Position numbers and translations under genes: made by a program
Part shown: positions 60,324-64,000 of the stretch, piece by piece
How the letters are laid out: each line of letters opens with the position of its first letter
Position numbering within the stretch: the stretch's first letter is position 1
The notes under the pieces: model-generated
The model's database searches: none
Seen by the model: only the letters and a program-made list of their open reading frames with translations
Told to the model about the DNA's origin: nothing
Assembly: GCA_032654565.1 (NCBI GenBank)
Contig: JAULAX010000010.1
Coordinates: 1-64,000 of the forward strand
From: Anaeromyxobacteraceae bacterium
GTDB taxonomy: Bacteria; Myxococcota; Myxococcia; Myxococcales; Anaeromyxobacteraceae
Reading direction: 5' to 3'
DNA: 64,000 nt

Positions 60324-62954
60324 ATGAGGAACGCCTTTTTCCAGGGACGCACGGTGCTGCTGGCCGCGTCGCTCCTCTTCGTGCTCACCGCCTGCTCGGG
60401 CTCCGACGGCTCCAACGGGGCCAACGGCGCCAACGGGACCAACGGCATCAACGGGACCAACGGGACCAACGGGACCAACGGGGTCAACGGAATCAATGGC
60501 CTCAACGGCGCCGACGGCACCAACGGGACCGCCGGCATCAACGGGACCAACGGCACCAACGGCATCGATGGCATCAACGGGACCAACGGGACCAACGGCA
60601 TCAACGGCACCAACGGGACCAACGGCACCAACGGACTCTCGGCCGTCACCTCCGGTCTCAAGGTGACCGTGACCGGCGTCACCGTCTCCGGCGCCGTCCC
60701 CACCGTGGCCTTCTCGCTGACCGATGACCGCGGCTACCCGGTGGACATCGCCGGCAAGTACTCGCTCAACACCGCGACCCCGTCCCTCCGCTTCGGCCTG
60801 GCCAAGGTGACCACCGACGCCAACGGCGACGTCCTGCCCTACACGGTCCTGACCGGCGCGCTGACCTCGCCGGGCACCGTCACCGCCGCCCCCACCGAGG
60901 TGGGCTCCGGCGCCGGCACCTACACCTACAGCTTCGGCACGCTCAACACCCCCTTCGACCCGTCCAGCAGCGCCACCTACACCGTCTGGATCCTGGCCTC
61001 CCGGCAGACCGACGTGGTCAACACCACCAACGCCAGGACCTACACCGCCGTGAACCAGCCCTACAGCTGGATCCCGTCCGGCGTCGGCGTCCCCGTGGTC
61101 CGCCAGCTGGTCACCGAGGCGGCCTGCGCCAGCTGCCACGGCGGCTTCAAGCCCGAGTCGGCCACCAACGTGGGCGGCTTCCACAGCTACGCCCGCGTCG
61201 CCCCCGAGGGCTGCAACGTCTGCCACAACCCGGCCCGCACCAACAAGACCGCCGACTCCGCGGTCTTCATCCACCGCATCCACAACGGCCCGGCGCTGCA
61301 GTCCTACACCACCGGCAACCGGACGGTGGGCAGCCAGGTGGATGTCACCATCGTCCCCGCAGGCTTCCGCACCTGCTCGGTCGGCACGCCCTGCGTCTGC
61401 ACCGTGGCCAACCCCTGCACCAACCTCTTCCACAACATCTCGGCCACCTACCCGCAGGACACGCGCAACTGCGCCGCCTGCCACGCCGGCGCCGCCCAGG
61501 GCGGGCAGATCTCCACCCGGCAGTCCCGGGTCGCCTGCGGCTCCTGCCATGACTACGTGGCCTTCGACGCCAGCGAGGCGGCGACCTGCACCAACCCGGT
61601 CACCGCCGTCGGCGGCATCCCGGTGCCCTGCAACCACGCCGGTGGCGCACAGACCGACGACACCATGTGCCTGGCCTGCCACGGGACCGGCAAGGGATGG
61701 GACGTCGCCAAGAAGCACATCCCGGGCGTGACCCAGACCAACGGGAGCTTCCTCCCGGCGGCGGGCGTGACCCCGACTGGCGGCGCCACCCTGGCCTTCG
61801 TCATCGGCAACGTGCTGGTCGAGGCCAACGGCAACCCGTCGATGAACTTCAAGCTGCTCAAGAACGGCGCTGACGTGGTCTTCAACACGCCGACCGGTCC
61901 CACCGACACCGTCCTGATGACCAACTTCGTGGGCACCAGCCGGGTCTACTTCGCCTTCGGCGCGCCGCAGGACGGGACCGTCGCCCCGGCCGACTTCAAC
62001 TACTCGGCCAACATCGACCTGGTGAACGCCTGGAACCAGTCGCTGGCGGCCACCACCGCGGCCTTCACCGGTCCCGACGCCAACGGGTTCTACAAGCTCA
62101 CCGCCCAGACCGTCTTCGTCCCGGCCACCGACACCATCCTCACGGGGGCCATCGGCGTCAGCGCCACCTTCCGGCAGACCGATGTCCCGGGCTACACCTA
62201 CACACCGACCGGCAGCCTGGGCGGACTGGCCGTTGTGGTCAACAACGTCGCGAAGACCGCCATCGGCAAGGCCGGCCGGCGCACCATCGTCGACAACGCC
62301 AAGTGCCTCGACTGCCACGCCCAGCTCGGCATCTCCCCCACCTTCCACGGTGGCGGGCGGAATGACGGAACGCTCTGCGCGGTCTGTCACACCGCCAACC
62401 GCTCCAGCAGCGGCTGGGCGGTCAACTCCAAGGACGTCTTCCACGCCCTGCACGCCGGCCGGGTCCGCACCACGCCGCTCAACTGGCAGTCCACCCTCAA
62501 GTACTGGGAGGTGGAGTTCCCCAACCGGATCAACAACTGCCTGGCCTGCCACGCCCCGGGGACGTTCGACCTGAGCGCGCCGGCCTCCGCGGCGGCCATG
62601 GACAACATGCTCTGGTCCACCGTGGCCTCGGGCAACCTGATCGCGGTCACCGCCTCGACCTCGCCCTACGTGGCGTCGGTCGACTACGGGGTCGGCTACA
62701 GCTACAACGCCAACACCCTGGCCGGCGCCGTCACCTCGCCGGCGGCGACCACCCTGGTCACCTCGCCCATCACCGCGGCCTGCGTCGCCTGCCATGACAG
62801 CAACGCCGCCTTCTCGCACATGGATCTCAACGGCGGCGCCTTCTACGCCCCGCGCAGCTCCATGCCGTCGGGCATCCTCGGCGTCCGCGAGTCCTGCATG
62901 GTCTGCCACGGCGCCGGCGCCATCGCCGACATCAAGGCGGTCCACGGCCAGTAG
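60324..62954 (+). CDS. OmcA/MtrC-family decaheme c-type cytochrome lipoprotein
   Basis: Lipobox LTAC; 10 CxxCH motifs in two groups of five, separated by beta-rich domains; YPQD and EFPN motifs. Confidence 0.92.
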   Translation: MRNAFFQGRTVLLAASLLFVLTACSGSDGSNGANGANGTNGINGTNGTNGTNGVNGINGLNGADGTNGTAGINGTNGTNGIDGINGTNGTNGINGTNGTNGTNGLSAVTSGLKVTVTGVTVSGAVPTVAFSLTDDRGYPVDIAGKYSLNTATPSLRFGLAKVTTDANGDVLPYTVLTGALTSPGTVTAAPTEVGSGAGTYTYSFGTLNTPFDPSSSATYTVWILASRQTDVVNTTNARTYTAVNQPYSWIPSGVGVPVVRQLVTEAACASCHGGFKPESATNVGGFHSYARVAPEGCNVCHNPARTNKTADSAVFIHRIHNGPALQSYTTGNRTVGSQVDVTIVPAGFRTCSVGTPCVCTVANPCTNLFHNISATYPQDTRNCAACHAGAAQGGQISTRQSRVACGSCHDYVAFDASEAATCTNPVTAVGGIPVPCNHAGGAQTDDTMCLACHGTGKGWDVAKKHIPGVTQTNGSFLPAAGVTPTGGATLAFVIGNVLVEANGNPSMNFKLLKNGADVVFNTPTGPTDTVLMTNFVGTSRVYFAFGAPQDGTVAPADFNYSANIDLVNAWNQSLAATTAAFTGPDANGFYKLTAQTVFVPATDTILTGAIGVSATFRQTDVPGYTYTPTGSLGGLAVVVNNVAKTAIGKAGRRTIVDNAKCLDCHAQLGISPTFHGGGRNDGTLCAVCHTANRSSSGWAVNSKDVFHALHAGRVRTTPLNWQSTLKYWEVEFPNRINNCLACHAPGTFDLSAPASAAAMDNMLWSTVASGNLIAVTASTSPYVASVDYGVGYSYNANTLAGAVTSPAATTLVTSPITAACVACHDSNAAFSHMDLNGGAFYAPRSSMPSGILGVRESCMVCHGAGAIADIKAVHGQ
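60408..60636 (+). repeat. 9-bp coding tandem repeat (Gly-X-Asn collagen-like triplets)
   Basis: Repeated GG(C/G)ACCAAC units encoding GTN/GIN/GAN. Confidence 0.9.
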
Positions 62955-62995
62955 CCGTTCGCCAGCGCCGGGCCGCCAGCGGCCCCGGTGACGGC

Positions 62996-63034
62996 AAGGG
63001 AAGGGCGGGCCTCCGGGCTCGCCCTTTTCCTTTT
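62996..63034 (+). terminator. Intrinsic terminator
   Basis: AAGGGCGGGCC-TCCG-GGCTCGCCCTT followed by TTCCTTTT. Confidence 0.8.
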
Positions 63035-63090
63035 CGGGCACCCCAAGCGGCAGCGGCGTCCACCGCGGCGCGGGGGTAACCTCCCGGTCC

Positions 63091-64000
63091 ATGGACCAGC
63101 GCCCGCGCCCCCGCCTCGGCATCTCCGCCTGCCTGCTCGGGCAGGCGGTCCGCTACGACAGCGGCCACAAGCGAGATCCCTTCTGCGTCGACCTGCTCGG
63201 CCCGCTGGTCGACTGGGTCCCGGTCTGCCCCGAGGTGGAGGTGGGGATGCCGGTGCCGCGGCCGTCCATCCGCCTGACCGGGAAGGCCGAGGCGCCGCGC
63301 CTCATCGCCCAGAAGACCGGCGAGGACTGGACCGAGCGGATGGCGACCTGGTCGGCCGGCAAGGTGGCGCAGCTGGCCAGGCTCGAGCTCGACGGCTGGG
63401 TCACCAAGAAGGACTCGCCCTCCTGCGGCCTGACCCGGGTCCGGGTCTACGGCCCCAAGGCCGGGCCGGCCACCCGCGACGGCGTCGGCGCCTTCGTGGC
63501 GGTGCTGCGGGCCAGGCTGCCGCTGCTCCCCGTCGAGGAGGAGGGGCGGCTCCACGACCCCATCCTGCGCGAGAGCTTCGTGGAGCGGATCTTCGCCCAC
63601 GCCCGCTGGCGACGGCTGGTCGGGCAAGGGCTGACCCGCGGCGGCCTGGTGGCCTTCCACACCGCCCAGAAGCTGGCGGTGCTGGCCCACAGCCCGGAGG
63701 GCTACCGCAAGCTCGGCAAGCTGGTGGCCGGCGTGAAGGGGAAGCCGCTCGCCGAGCTGGGCCAGGCCTACGCCGGGCTGCTGCTCGAGTCGCTGGCGGT
63801 CCCGGCCACCCGGGGGCGCCACGTCAACGTGCTTCAGCACGTGGCCGGCTACTTCAAGGAGGCCCCCCGGGAGGAGCGGCGCGAGCTGGAGGAGGTGATC
63901 GCCGACTTCGGGCGCGGCCACGTGCCGCTGGTGGTGCCGCAGACGCTGCTGCGTTCGGCGGCCCGTCGCCACGGCGTCGACTACCTGCTCGGGCAGGCCT
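63091..64000 (+). CDS. DUF523/DUF1722 (YbgA-like) protein, truncated by the window end
   Basis: GISACLLGQAVRYDSGHK, PVCPEVEVG, KDSPSCG, EEEGRL, NVLQHVAGYFK. Confidence 0.9.
   Translation, partial: MDQRPRPRLGISACLLGQAVRYDSGHKRDPFCVDLLGPLVDWVPVCPEVEVGMPVPRPSIRLTGKAEAPRLIAQKTGEDWTERMATWSAGKVAQLARLELDGWVTKKDSPSCGLTRVRVYGPKAGPATRDGVGAFVAVLRARLPLLPVEEEGRLHDPILRESFVERIFAHARWRRLVGQGLTRGGLVAFHTAQKLAVLAHSPEGYRKLGKLVAGVKGKPLAELGQAYAGLLLESLAVPATRGRHVNVLQHVAGYFKEAPREERRELEEVIADFGRGHVPLVVPQTLLRSAARRHGVDYLLGQA

Noticed and set aside
60408..60636. CRISPR array
   Set aside because: 9-bp in-frame coding repeats without spacers; no cas genes or repeat-spacer arrays seen anywhere in the window.

Overview
Very high-GC chromosomal segment. 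The gene content suggests an Anaeromyxobacter-like myxobacterium (inference). Positions 1-6.6 kb are an integration hotspot: an IS21 element (istA/istB) abuts the 3' half of a tRNA-Pro(CGG), followed by a tandem run of small cassette-like modules carrying two toxin-antitoxin pairs, excisionase-like HTH remnants, repeated arm-like motifs and a second tRNA-Pro att core. The rest is mostly envelope, metal and redox genes: three secreted peptidases, a His-tailed DMT transporter, a CcdA/thioredoxin cluster, a TupA/porin/HTH-PBP oxyanion module, a LIV-type ABC + acyl-CoA ligase operon, a patatin-like protein, a GH81 glucanase lipoprotein, a NikR-regulated ECF nickel uptake operon, a sigma54-controlled CusCBA copper efflux system with its two-component pair, lgt, terC and a decaheme OmcA/MtrC-type cytochrome with a collagen-like stalk. 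Three candidates stand out as novel: (1) an operon of a 33-aa Cys-rich peptide missed by the ORF track, a 60-aa 4-Cys protein, thioredoxin, an ArsM-like methyltransferase and a radical SAM/SPASM enzyme (22804-25569); (2) the tRNA-Pro-anchored TA cassette array with an att-spanning reading frame; (3) an unassigned, highly structured ~290-340 nt intergenic RNA candidate between terC and lgt. All calls were made by eye from motifs; no searches were run.
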